This document shows, in pieces, positions 41,598 to 54,778 of a DNA stretch of 64,000 nt. The stretch comes from Octopus vulgaris (lineage: Eukaryota): NCBI GenBank assembly GCA_951406725.2, contig OX597817.1:122884001-122948000 (forward strand), given 5' to 3'. Position 1 is the stretch's first letter. Each line of letters starts with the position of its first letter. The position numbers and the translations under genes were made by a program. A model generated the notes under the pieces. That model was not told the DNA's origin. It worked only from the letters and a program-made list of their open reading frames with translations, and made no database searches.

Positions 41598-43078
41598 TCA
41601 TCATTGTTTAACGTCTGCTTTCCATGCTGGCATGGGTTGGACGGTTTGACTGAGGACTGGCAAGTTGGGAGGCTGAACCAGGCTCCTATCTGATCTGGCA
41701 AGGTTTCTACAGTTGGATGCCCTTCTGAAAGCCAACCACTCCAAGTGTGTTGTGTGTGCTTTTTACATGCCACCAGCACAGGTGCCAGTCATATGGTACA
41801 TCTTATGAAGTTTTTACCAACACTTTTTCTACAGATTGAGCAGTGCTATCTACCCGAAGGGATTTGTGATTTGTTTGCCTTCTTAGATACTAGAACTTTG
41901 GTTTTTTGCTAGATTAACTCTAAAGTCCTTCAATTCTAGACCTTGCTTCCACACCTGAAACTTCTCTAGTTCTGGTAGTGACTCAGCTATTAGAGCAAAG
42001 TTAACAGCATAGAGGAGCTCCAAGGGCAACCTGACTTGAATTCCTCTGATATTGCCTGGAGGGCTATGATGTATAAGAGGGGGCTGAGGACTGATCCTTG
42101 GTGAACCCCTACTTCTACCTGGAATTTTTCATTATACTCGTTGCCAAACCCCACCTTACTGACAGCATCCATGTACATGACTTCTACAACTCTCACCAAC
42201 CACTCATCTATCCCTAGTTTCCACTTTGAAAAATATCAGATAAGGGGTTGCGAGACTCTGCCAAAGGCTTTCTCCATGTAAATGAAAGCCAAGTACAGAG
42301 GTTTATCCTTCTTTTCCATACTGGTCATCTCCTAGGCAGCCATTTAGCCCTGATCTTGAAGTTACTAACAACTAGCCTATGTTATGGGGTGCATTCTTCA
42401 CCTGGGAAGGTTTTGACATTTATAAGTCACCATCTTCCTCACTTTCTGATAGACTGGTAGGTGAACAGGTGATTGGCAGGTTTCCTGAAGTTAGAATTAC
42501 AGAACATAAGACCATTTGCAACACAGAACTCCAGCAGCCTGGTTCCCTCCTCATTGTGGGAACCAAATCTATTGCCACCATGTACACCATAGGAGCTCCC
42601 TGGATGTTGTCCATATGCCCGTTGAAGTCACCAGCCACAAAGAGAAGGTCCCTATCATTCGTCAATGAGGTAGTCTGCGAGACGGTGTTATAAAATCAGT
42701 CTTTCTGTTCATCAGGTAGCATTGGCTGAGGAGTATAGGCCGAGATAATGGTTACTGATCTATGTTGCAGCACTAGTATAAGCTTAAGTATTCTATCACA
42801 GACTCTGATTACTTCGATTACCTTATTGACCCATTTCTCCACAGGGCGTATATCCACACCCCAAACCCATCAGTGTTATCTACCCAGAACATCTTATATC
42901 TATGTTTTTTTGCCTGTGTGAAACCTAGAAGAGCTTCCCCACCACCTTACTTCTTGGATGCAGCACAAATCTACACATCTCCATTCAAGCATCTCCACAA
43001 TCTTACCAGACCTACCTTTCAATGTGCCAACATTAAGTGTGCAAACTCTGAGGGTGTGGAATGTTTGGGACAGTGAGA
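41594..43078 (-). mobile_element. Internally deleted RTE LINE (APE + RT + 3' UTR)
   Basis: LRVCTLNVGTLKGR..DLCCIQE, AYTPQ, AGDFNGH, MEKAF, GVHQGSVLSPLL; 3' UTR with (ATG)n at 41594. Confidence 0.9.
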
Positions 43079-43097
43079 CCCATGTTTATATATACAT

Positions 43098-43475
43098 AGA
43101 CACAGGAGTGGTTGCGTAGTAAGTAACTTGCTCACCAAACACATGGTTCTGGGTTCAGTCCCAGTGCTTGGCACCTTGGGCAAGTGTCTTCTACTATAGC
43201 ATCAGGCCAACCAAAGCCTTGTGAGTGGATTTGGTAGAAGGAAACTGTAAGAATCCCATGCATATGTTTGTGTGTCTGTGTTTGTCCCCCAGCATCCTTT
43301 GACAACCGATGTTGGTGTGTTTACATCCCCATAACTTAACAGTTCAGCAAAAGAGATTGATAGAATGAGTACTAGGCTTAAAAAGAATAAGTCCTGGAGT
43401 CAATTTGTTTAAGTAAAGGCAGTGCCCCAGCATGGCCACAGTCAAATGACTGAAACAGATAAAAGAATAAAAGAA
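43098..43475 (+). mobile_element. SINE family 1
   Basis: Matches family 1 head, body and tail. Confidence 0.85.
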
Positions 43476-44191
43476 TATATATTTATATACACATATGTAA
43501 AGTAAGATGTTTCCTTACTGACCCATACCAAGCTCATTAGGACCAGTTTCCCTGGTTTCAGTGGTGTATATATTTGCAGGATTAATCATTTTTGCTTGCT
43601 GAGTGGATTGGAGCAACATGAAATGAAGTATCTTGCTGAAGAACACAATGTATCGCCTGGTCCAGGAATCGAAGCAACGATCTTATGATCATGACACCAG
43701 CACCCTAACAACTAAGCCATGCAACTCCGCACACACACACATATTTATATCTGAGTGCGTGTGTGTATGCATGTGTGCGTGTTTGTGTCTGTGTGTGTGT
43801 GTGCGTCCGTGTGTCCAAATATGTATAAGATTTTGATTAATCCATGAGCTCAATCATCGCAGAAGTTAGACACAAGCAATCAGCTTGACTCAGGAAAATT
43901 ATTGACATTAATTTTATTAGCCAACAGGGCTATGAAATACAATAGTAAAACCAAATTGTGACTTCAACTTTGACTGCAGAGAAATAATACTAAATACTGG
44001 GTAAGTATTTTAGCCTGTCTACTTATTATTTCAGATGATTCACTATCCTATATTTTACTCAATATTGGAATATACTTTGTTTTCCTACTTATTAATATCT
44101 GGTTTTAGCTCATTTTATTTGCTTCGAGTTCAGAAATAATATATATATGTGTATATGTGTACACGTGTGTGTACATATATGTGTATGTATG

Positions 44192-44265
<74 letters not shown>

Positions 44266-44639
44266 GTATATATGTATATATGTATGTATATGATATACGA
44301 AGCATTATGAATTATTTTATACATTTATTCTGAGATTGTATCTGAAATTGGATGGAGAAATAGCTATTGTTAATTTATTAAATACGGTCTTTATTAAAGA
44401 CACTCAATTCTTATTCATATCTGTAGTTAACATCAATGCAATATGTGCAAATATACATATGTACATGCATGCATTTATACACAGGTACAGACAGGCACAC
44501 ACACACTTATATATATATATGTGTGTTTTTATATATATATATACATGTATAAAAGACATGTATATATGTATATATATATAAATGCATATGTATATATATA
44601 TATATATATGCATATATATACATATATATATATATTTAC

Positions 44640-44670
<31 letters not shown>

Positions 44671-44779
44671 CGTATATATATGTATGTATGTATGTATGTA
44701 TACTCACATCAAATATTGTTATGAAAATATTTCCTGATTGGTGCTCTCATAAAATAAAACTCTTAATTTTCTTCATGTA

Positions 44780-45510
44780 TTTAAACAAATTTTGTCATTG
44801 ATTTTTGCATTGTTGAATTTCAAACATTGATATTCTGGGAGTTTATATTTGCTACTTCAAGATGATACTTAAAAATATATTGAAAACATATCAAAGCAAT
44901 CAATCTTGTTCAAGCAGTTCCATGAATTGCATGATCTTCTAAATAAATATTTGAGCTTGATATAGATTTTTCTCAAAATGATTAAGTTTAGCTGAAGACA
45001 TTGTGTTTGCTTTCTTTTGACAGATATAATTTTATAGTAAATATGATTTTGAAAGTTTAAAAAACGAATTCCTCAAATAACATATCAATACATGTACATA
45101 ATGTGTAATATAAGCATTCTTCAGGGTTTAATATATATACACAGAATTGTTTATAAATAAATGACATCCACACACACATACACACACACAAACACACAAA
45201 AACACACACATGTATACAAACACACACACATATATACACTTAAATATTTGAATAATATGTGACAAATTAAATATTGAAATCAAGGATAAGCATATCATAT
45301 ATATGAATTACTAATAATTAACTATTTATTAAAACTCACCCTAATTATCCATATTATCTTAATTCATTGGCAAATATAAAATTTATTGGCAAATAACAAT
45401 GAAGGATTTTCTCGTCTCTTTTCTGCAGTGATTAAAGAAAAAATATAAATAGGTTGCAGACCTTACACATTTTCACGAGAAAATTTATGATATTTAATGT
45501 TTTTACAAAG
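44780..45510 (+). pseudogene. Degenerate RhoGAP-domain relic
   Basis: ENISKQSILFKQFHELHDLLN (44882-44944), HCVCFLLTDII (from 44999), VADLTHF; another possible N-terminal piece at 44336-44445. Confidence 0.5.
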
Positions 45511-47679
45511 ATCAAATATCTTGGTAGGATTGTTCAGTAATTGTTCTGGAATCCCACTGAGATGAAGTTCTTTTTATATCATTCTGTGATTGATAAGTAC
45601 CAGACAGTTATTTTGGGTTAATATAATTGACTTCTCCCTTTCAATTATCTTGTCTTGTGTCTCATTGGCAAGAAATCATTGCTATCATTGGTTTACAGGT
45701 CTTTGTTTTGGCAACTTACATTCTAAGTTTAAATTGTACAATTGTCTCTCACAGGAATCAACTCAATTAATTTAATGGTGCTAGGTTGATAGAATCATTA
45801 TGTACCAGGAAAAAAATGATGTTTTGAAGCATATATTCCACGTGTTTACATTCTGAATTCAGGTTCCACCAATGAAAACATGGTGTTACATCTCAGCAAG
45901 GTTACTCACTAAAATTTCATCCTCATGCCTTTATTATAAAGAATTCATTTTAAAACCTGGCATAACTTTGTGATTACAAAAATTCACTTTGCAATTACAG
46001 GCTTTTGAATTTATAGCTTTGGTTGATGGGTGACTGGATATTGTTTCAAGCTGCATGTTGTATGCAAATAAAACCAAGTTAACAGAAAAATTTTTTATAG
46101 TGATTAACAACACCGTGGAAACGTTTGAACATAATTTATTGTGTTGCATTAGTATGAAAAGATGTTCATGCATTACAATCAATATATATAGAAGCAGTAA
46201 GGTGGAAATAGCATAATATGCCATGCAAGGAAAATGTCTGTTCAAGGTTTAACACATGGGCCAGCTTTTAACATATTAAGCAAATATTCAGATGACATGT
46301 CATGTCTTCTGCATCCTTGATTGACTATGCAGCCATTAAAACAGCTATAGGGAGAGTAATTCAAAGCTTGACCCATAATGCTTTAAAATTGGTGACACTC
46401 TGTGAAATTGGTGCTTAAATTGACTGCAATTATAGATTATAGGTGTTGCTGACAGAAAGTTTCAGACAGTCTACTGAACTATCATGTGAACAACAATCAT
46501 TGATTGGATAAAATCTCAATTGTATACATAGTTGGATCATGATTGAATTGTGATTGAAATTTGTGTGGGGCAAAATATGGGATCCCATTCATGCTAAAAA
46601 TTCAAATCTACTGACTGTTACTTTGGGTTAATGACTTCCATTGGCACCTAAAGTATACCAAAGCCTTCTCGATGTTATTTGATAGATGGTATCTGTATGG
46701 AAGTCTGTTAAATAACGGTTCCATTTTTTGATGTCAGACATAATACATCATTTAAATCAACACAACCAAGCATCACTTGAGTGCAGGTAACTAAGTCCAT
46801 TCCATAGAAAGCATCGAGGCCAAATCTCTGGTCTGAGAACCAATGCCTAAAATTCTTCATACCAGTCTTGAACATATAGAGTCATCAACAGTCTCTTTAC
46901 CTTATTTAAGCTCTTAAAAGTAAAGCAGGAAATGCTCCCCAATCCAAACTGATGTGGTGCTTATTGAAAGTAAATTGTAACACTATGGGAAATTGACTCG
47001 CACACACATATACACACTTACACATACTCTTACATACACATACACTTCCACACAAGCATGTATAAATATGTGTATGCATGTATATATACATGTGTATACA
47101 AGCACACGCGTGCATGCACACACACACACACGCATGCACACATATACTATGTCTATGCAAGAATGTTGTTGACAGTGATTTCGAAGTTTCAGTTGGGCAA
47201 TGACTTAGCTAGCTGAAGCTTTGAAGACACCATCAACATCCTTCTTTCTTGTATAAGAATAATAAATTTTATTAATAAATCTCTGAACGAGATATAAACA
47301 GTAACCGCTCGACAACGTAAAGTGTACTAGCCATCAGAATGTGGCTAGCCACTGGGGGTGGGGTGTTACTGATTCTTTTAGCCCCAGGAGATCAACGTCA
47401 CCAGCTGGCCTTAGACACAAAATTTCAGTGCCCTTGTGTTATTTGCAAAGGGAGGTCATCCTCCCTCGAAAACCTAAGTGATACATACGGGCTATAGTTT
47501 CAAGGTAATTGCCTCTCGTCAACGCATGGTAAACACCGGTTTACGATGAAGGAGACCTTTGCAAATAATAATATTTAACGTTTTTCACAGCAACCACAGT
47601 TTGTACTCTACAAAAGTATAGATTATTGTAAAATTGTTTTACAACTAAGCATAAAAACAAACATTAATATATATATTAT

Positions 47680-48042
47680 ATTATTCTTTTATTTGTTTCA
47701 TCATTTGACTGCGGCCATGCTGGGGTACCACCTTTAGTTGAAGAAATCGACCCCAGGATTTATTCTTTGTAAGCCTAGTACTTATTCTATCGGTCTCTCT
47801 TGCTGAACTGCTAAGTAAACACACCGACATTGGTCGTCAACCGATGGTGGGGTTACAAACACAGATACAAAAACATATATATATATGACGGGCTTCTTTC
47901 AGTTTCCACCTACCAGATTCACTCACAAGGCTTTGGCCGGCTTGAGGCTATAGTAGGAGACACTTGCCCAAGGGTCCATGCAGTGAAACTTAACCCAGAA
48001 CCATGTGGTTGGGAAGCAAGCTTCTTACCACACAGCCACGCT
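47680..48042 (-). mobile_element. SINE family 1
   Basis: Reverse complement of family 1. Confidence 0.85.
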
Positions 48043-48233
48043 TATATATAAATTAGATTCAATGTGCTGGAAGACGTTTTATCAGATAATCTGTGCTCAG
48101 TAATCTGTTTCACATTCCATTCTCTGTGGTGTGAAACCAGTTCTCATATAAGGAGACAAAGTAGGGAGCGTTGTTGTAGTCAGATTATAAAGTAATAAGA
48201 AATGCACGAAGCATTTATATATACGCTCCTTAA

Positions 48234-48615
48234 GGCGGCGAGCTGGCAGAAACGTTAGCACGCCGGCCGAAATGCGTAGCCGTATTTCGTCTGCCGTTAC
48301 GTTCTGAGTTCAAATTCAGCCGAGGTCAACTTTGCCTTTCATCCTTTCGGGGTCGATTAAATAAGTACCAGTTACGCACTGGGGTCTATATGATCGACTT
48401 AATCCGTTTGTCTGTCCTTGTTTGTCCTCTCTGTGTTTAGCCCCTTGTGGGCAGTAAATAAATAGGTATTTCGTCTGTCTCTACGTTCTGAGTTCAAATT
48501 CCGCCGAGGTCGCCTTTTGCTTTCAACCTTTCGGGGTCGATAAATTAAGTACCAGTTGCATACTGGGGTCTATCTAATCGACTATCACCCCTCCCCCAAA
48601 ATTTCGGGTCTTGTG
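48234..48615 (+). mobile_element. SINE family 2, dimeric
   Basis: GGCGGCGAGCTGGCAGAAACGTTAGCACG head; body repeated twice. Confidence 0.9.
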
Positions 48616-48712
48616 CATATGTGCATAGATTTGTACGTAAAGCAAGATACACACGTCTATGCAAAGCTTGACACACACGCGTGTTAATATCCTCACATAT
48701 ACACATAAGGAA

Positions 48713-48765
<53 letters not shown>

Positions 48766-48796
48766 CATGTATGCATCTCTAGTGAGAATTTTTATT

Positions 48797-48872
48797 GATG
48801 TACCTGAAGAGACCCGGAACGGGTCGAAACGTGTTCACCGAACCGTGATTGTCCCATGACATGTCTGAACTG
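48797..48872 (+). ncRNA. Hammerhead ribozyme motif (type I-like)
   Basis: CTGAAGA core 48804-48810, perfect stem II GACCCG-GAA-CGGGTC, GAAAC, stem III ACGTGTT/GACATGT, GUC site at 48865; stem I is poor. Confidence 0.55.
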
Positions 48873-49234
48873 CAACAGTTGTCTTTCTTGAAACTCTTAT
48901 CTTTCAATTTCCCGTGCGTGTCTCTTGTACTTATGCTAATTAATATTAAGATCAGAATTGGTCATACTAAATTCATTTTACACAAACGTCTCTAAATGGT
49001 TCCATATTTCAATAACAATTCTCAATAAAACGAAGCATCACATTTCTAACACGTAAGTGGTACTGTCTCAATTTGCACAGAATTGAATTAAACTCAAATT
49101 GAGCTGAATTGAATTGAATCAATCTATCCAGCTAGAGTGAGCAGATACCCTAGCCGAAATATACTACTTGACAGAAAGGAAAAATCTTGTACACAAAAAT
49201 AAAAAGACGATGAAAAGGAGAGACCAAAGAGCGA

Positions 49235-50215
49235 GCGAACAAGCAAGCAAGCAAGCATCCAGCTGTCCATCCGTCCATCCGACCATCCGTCCATCCGTCC
49301 GTCCGTCCCTCCGTCCATACCTCCGTCCATCCTTCCGTCCATCCTTCCGTCCGTCCGTCCATCAGTCCGTCCATCCATCCACCCACCCATCCATCCACCC
49401 ATTCATGCATCCATCCATGCATCCATCCATCCATCCATCCATCCATCCATTCCTCTACCCATCCAACCATCCATTCATCCACCCATCCATCCACTCATCC
49501 ATCCATCCATCAGTCTACCCATCCAGCCGTCCATCTGTCCATCCATCCACTCACCCATCCATCCATCCATCCGTCCGTCCGTCCATCCATCCAACTAACA
49601 TATACATAATTAATAGATTTTCGGTATGGAAAAGTACGATATTTGGTAAAATCTTGTACAAAAAGTAAGTGAGTAAGCAGGCAAGCAAGAGAGCAAGCAA
49701 TCAAACAAGGAAGCAAGCAATCAATCAAGCAAGCAAGCAACTAAGTAAGCAAACAAGCAAGCAAGCAAGCAAATAAGCAAGCAAGTAAGCAAGCAAGCTT
49801 GTAAGTAAGCAAGCAAGCAAGTAAGTAAGTAAATAAGTAAGCAATCAAGCAAGCAAGTAAGCAAGCAAGTTAGTAAGCAAGCAAGCAAGTCAATAAGCAA
49901 GCAAGCAGGTAAGTAAGGGAGCAAGGAAGCATGCAAGCAACTAAGTAAGTAAGCAAGCAAGCAATCAAGTAAGTAAGTAGGTAAGCAAGCAAGCAAGTAA
50001 GCAAGCAAGCATGCAAGCAAGCATGCATGTATGCATGCTTGTATGCATGTATGTATGCATGTATGTACGTATGTATGTACGTATTTATGTATTTATGTAC
50101 GTATGTATGTATGTATGTATGTATGTATGTACGTATGAATTTATGTATGTATGCATGTATGTATGCATGAGAGAGGTTGAGAAAGAGAATGAGAGAGAGA
50201 GAGAGAGAGAGAGTA
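49235..50215. repeat. Compound tetranucleotide arrays (CCAT)n, (GCAA)n, (ATGT)n, then (AG)n
   Basis: Directly visible. Confidence 0.95.
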
Positions 50216-50807
50216 AAACTAAAGTTGGAAAACAAAGCAATAAAGCTGCATTTCATTTTGTTTACACCTAAGGTGGGTACCTTTAATTTGTAAATTATAT
50301 TGATCGCTTTTCTTTGAATGTCAGAACACACACAAAAAGTAATGTTGATTTAAACAATTTTCATAGAAAAAAATATAAATAAATAAAATGAAAAAAAGAA
50401 AATCTAAACTAAACTAAGTGAGGAATAGAAAAAAATTAGTTCATCATGCATGCATTTAATTATATTGTATAGAGGGTTGGGTTGAATTTAGTTTTATCTA
50501 ACATATTGATTTCTTTCTTATATAGGTGAAGTAAGAATAACCCAAGAGGCAAGTCAGTTTAAAAAGCAGGCTTTAATTCTCTAAAAGTTCTACTAACAGA
50601 ACTGTCAAATACGACAGTTTACATATTATTTATAGCAGTAGCAGTAGTGAGCAGCAGCTGATGGTAGCCATAGAATCTGGTGAAGATTTAACTATTTCTA
50701 TTGTTATTATAATAGCATAGAATTATCACGTACATATCCCAATATCACATTCTATCAAAACACACGAAAACACGTAGGACTAATGTTATTAAACATTACC
50801 GAAAGCA

Positions 50808-51275
50808 GACGGTGAGCTAGCAGAATCGTTAGCACGCAGGGTAAAATGCTTAGCGGCATTTCGTTCGTTTTAACGTTCTGAGTTCAAATTTTGCCGAGGG
50901 TTGAGTTTCCTTTCATCCTTTCGGAGTCGATAAAATAAGTATCAGTTGAGCATTGGGGTCGATGTAATCCGTTTCTTTATTACCCACAAGGGGCTAAACA
51001 CAGAGGAGACAAACAAGGACAGACAAACGGATTAAGTCGATTACATCGACCCCAGTGCGTAACTGGTACTTAATTTATCGATCCCGAAAGGATGAAAGGC
51101 AAAGTCGACCTCGGCAGAATTTGAACTCAGAACGTAACGACAGACGAAATACATCTACGCATTTCGCCCGGCGTGCTAACGGTTCTGCCAGCTCGCCGCC
51201 TTATTGGGGTCGATGTAATCGATTATCCACTCACTCGAAATTGCTGGCCTTGAGCCAAAATTTGAAATCATTATT
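50808..51275. mobile_element. SINE family 2 (+) with a nested antisense family 2 copy
   Basis: Inner copy 50971-51200 flanked by the 18-bp TSD ATTGGGGTCGATGTAATC (50952-50969 and 51203-51220). Confidence 0.9.
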
Positions 51276-51314
51276 AATAATTGAGAATATAGATAAATTA
51301 GAACAATATCTCAA

Positions 51315-51732
51315 AGTGGCCATGTGGTAAGTTGCTTGCTTATGAACCACATGGTTCCGGGTTCAGTCCCATTGCGTGGCACCTTGGACAAGTGTCTTCT
51401 ACTGTAGCCTAGGGCCTACCAAAGCCTTGTGAGTGGATTTGGTAGACGGAAACTGAAAGAAGCCTGTCGTATATATGTATATATACGTATGTATGTGTGT
51501 GTGTATATGATTGTGTGTCTGTGTTTGTCCCCCCCCCCAACATTGCTTGACAAGCAATGCTGGTGTGTTTACGTCCCCGTAACTTAGCGGTTCGGCAAAA
51601 GAGACCGATAGAATAAGTACTAGGCTTACAAAGAATAAGTCCTTGGGTCGATTTGCTTGACTAAAGGCGGTGCTCCGGCATGGCCACAGTCAAATGACTG
51701 AAACAAGTAAAAGTGTAAAAGTGTAAAAGTGT
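51315..51732 (+). mobile_element. SINE family 1
   Basis: Near full length; (GTAAAAGT)n tail. Confidence 0.9.
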
Positions 51733-51917
51733 AACTTTCATATTTTTTTAAATAAAAGTTACCATGTCGAATTTTAAGGGTTTAAGTCAAACATAACTAA
51801 CCTTCGTTCTCATATTCATTTTGCTAGATTCTCGATGCGGAGTCGTATGCTGAAAACAGTATTATAATTTAGGAGGGTCAAACTGCCAATAAAAGCACTG
51901 CCACTGATTATATATCA

Positions 51918-52222
51918 CTTTAGCTTTATCACCAATCAATTAGATACTTAATCGCTTGATCAATCGGTTGATCGATTAGTCTTTCAAGGTCCTTTCGTCA
52001 CAGTCTAAGACCTTATCAATGGCAATGACTCCAAGCCCCTCTTTCTCTCTACCGTTTATTGCATGTTTATTGATTATCTTATGGATTTTGTGGTACATGC
52101 AATAAATACTGAGGAGAAAAAGGTGCTTCAGGGGTACATTGTCATTGAGAAGGACTTTGAAAGGCTAATAGATTTATTAATTGATCACTGGATAATTATC
52201 TGACTGGTAAGAATGCTGAAGT
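51918..52222. repeat. Diverged fold-back inverted repeat
   Basis: ATTAGTCTTTCAAGGTCCTT/AAGGACTTTGAAAGGCTAAT, TCAATGGCAATG/CATTGTCATTGA, TTTATTGCATGT/ACATGCAATAAA. Confidence 0.8.
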
Positions 52223-52564
52223 ACTAGGCTTACAAAGAATATAAGTTCTGGGGTCGATTTGCTCGACTAAAGTCAAATGACTGAAACAAGTAAAAGAGCA
52301 AGAGTAAAGTGGGAACACGATCGGAAAAAAACAACAACACTCAAAGAACTACTGTAAATGTTAAAATGAACAAAATAGTAGTGAAACTTCAGAAGTCTGG
52401 CTCTGCTGTCTCAGACATCTCGATTTCAATTACTTCGATATATAATTGGATATCAGAGACAAACATTTCACAGAGGTGATAAAGTATTTTCATAAGCAGC
52501 TTTTGTGAGTTCACGACCATGACAATAATTCTAATGCGTTCAAGGTATAATAGTTCATTCAAGG

Positions 52565-52950
52565 TGGAGGCGCAATGGCCCAGTGGTTAGGGCAGCGGAC
52601 TCGCGGTCGGAGGATCGCGGTTTCGATTCCCAGACCGGGCATTGTGAGTGTTTATTGAGCGAAAACACCCAAAACTCCACGAGGCTCCGGCAGGGGGTGG
52701 TGGTGAACCCTGCTGTACTCTTTCACTACAACTTTCTCTCGCTCTTTCTTCCTGTTTCTCTTGTAACTGTATTTCAAAGGGCCAGCCTTGTCACATTCTG
52801 TGTGTTACGCTGAATCTTCTCGAGAACTACGTTAAGGGTACACGTGTCTGTGGAGTGCTCAGCCACTTGCACGTTAATATCACGAGCAAGCTGTTCCGTT
52901 GATCGTATCAGCTGGGACCCTCCTCGTCGCAACCGACGGAGTGCTCCTAT
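52565..52950 (+). mobile_element. tRNA-derived SINE (family 3 head, different tail)
   Basis: GGAGGCGCAATGGCCCAGTGGTTAGGGC head; TSD TAGTTCATTCAAGGT on both sides. Confidence 0.88.
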
Positions 52951-54316
52951 ATTTTAGTTCATTCAAGGTATTTCAGTATTTCATTTCGTTTCGATGTTTA
53001 TTGAGAATAAGATGCAGAACATCTGGGGAAGTTATCTAAAGTAGAATGATTCTTTTTAAAATGAAGCAGAAGACCTGTCTTCTTTTATTTATCACTTCAG
53101 AGACACGAGTTAGATATCAGAATAAGAGATTACGAAAGTTCATGAAGAGGTAAAAAAGATATTTAAAATTGCTTTCGTATATTTACTTAACTAATAATAG
53201 CACAATGTTTCTAATAATAAATTGATCAGTAAAAATTAAAGCATATACTCTTAATTCCAAGTTGTTTGCAATATATTAAAAAATGAAACTTTGAACTAGA
53301 TACATTTGCGCAAAGAGGTAAACTAGATGCCAAGATGTGTTAACTTGGAATGGCTTGTCGGCTTGCCTAATTTAATTGTATAGATTTTTGCCGAAGTAGT
53401 GTAGGACCATCTTTATATGACAAGAAATGCACAAGAAGTACATGTTCTATTTGTCAGATCTGTATTGAAGTTTAATGATGTACAATACATAAAGACGTTT
53501 GCAACATGAAGGTATTTGAAATACAGAAACCAGAACTGGTAAGTTCTGAGGATAAAATAAGCTTTAAGATCTATATTGACACATGGAAATTTTATATATT
53601 TTGTAAACCAACGACGTTTAGAAGGAGGGAAGCCGAAAGTATTTTATATAATGACCTGGTGATGTATATAAAATAACATGGAAATTAAGGAAATAATTTA
53701 AATTACGCTTCGAGAACACGGAGCAAATGTGCTTACTTGAGAGGATTCTTATGTCGTTTGATTAAGAAATAAGGGAAGTCGTCTCACTTGCAAGATAAAT
53801 TCAATGATGATAAACTGGAAGCCAAATTCTTATTCAAAAGTAAAAACCTCTGTGACTTTTGAAGCAATGTAATTAATACTACCAAATTCCTCAAACTTAA
53901 TGCAGTAGTTCAGGATAAACAGTTACACTCACAAGGATCTTCAACGGTTGAAAATAGTTGAAGCCAAACGAAGGCAATTTCAACAAAGCAGAAAAACAGA
54001 TGAAACCTGCAAGATAGCTATTACTTCAAATAAAATTCACTAATTTTTAACCAATTATTTCACTCCACTTGGTATTAGGGATCACGTGTAATATTTATGG
54101 AAAATTTCCATCTCATAATGATTATAATTATTATTAACACTAGGAAGAAAAGGTCTACCTGGGTGGCTGTCAGCGGGTATTATAGAAAGGACACACAAAT
54201 ACATATAAATATGAATATATATATATGTATGTATGTAGGTAGGTATAAACAGTATATATAGATACATATATAAAGAAAACAGAAAATGGAGAAATATTGA
54301 TGAACAGCAATTGGCT

Positions 54317-54539
54317 TACTCTTTACTTGTTTCAGTCATTTGACCGTGGCCATGCTAGAGCACCGTCTTTAGTCGACCAAATCAACCCCAGGACTTATTC
54401 TTTGTAAGCCTAGTACTTATTCTATGGGTGTCTTTGGTCGAACCGCTAAGTTACAGGGACGTAAACACGCCAGCATCGGTTGCCAAGCGATGTTGGAGGG
54501 ACAAACACAGACAAACAAACACACACACACACACACATT

Positions 54540-54585
<46 letters not shown>

Positions 54586-54735
54586 TATGATAGGTTTCTT
54601 TCAGTTCCCGTCTACCAAATCAACTCATACGGCTTTGGTCGGCCTGAGGCTATAGTAGAAGGCACTTGCCTAAGATGCCACGCAGTGGGATTGAACCCGG
54701 AACCATGTGGCTCGTAAGCAAGCCACTCCTACACC
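54317..54735 (-). mobile_element. SINE family 1
   Basis: Reverse complement of family 1. Confidence 0.88.
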
Positions 54736-54778
54736 TATCAATTATCATCCATTACTTCAATACAAATAGACCGCATCC

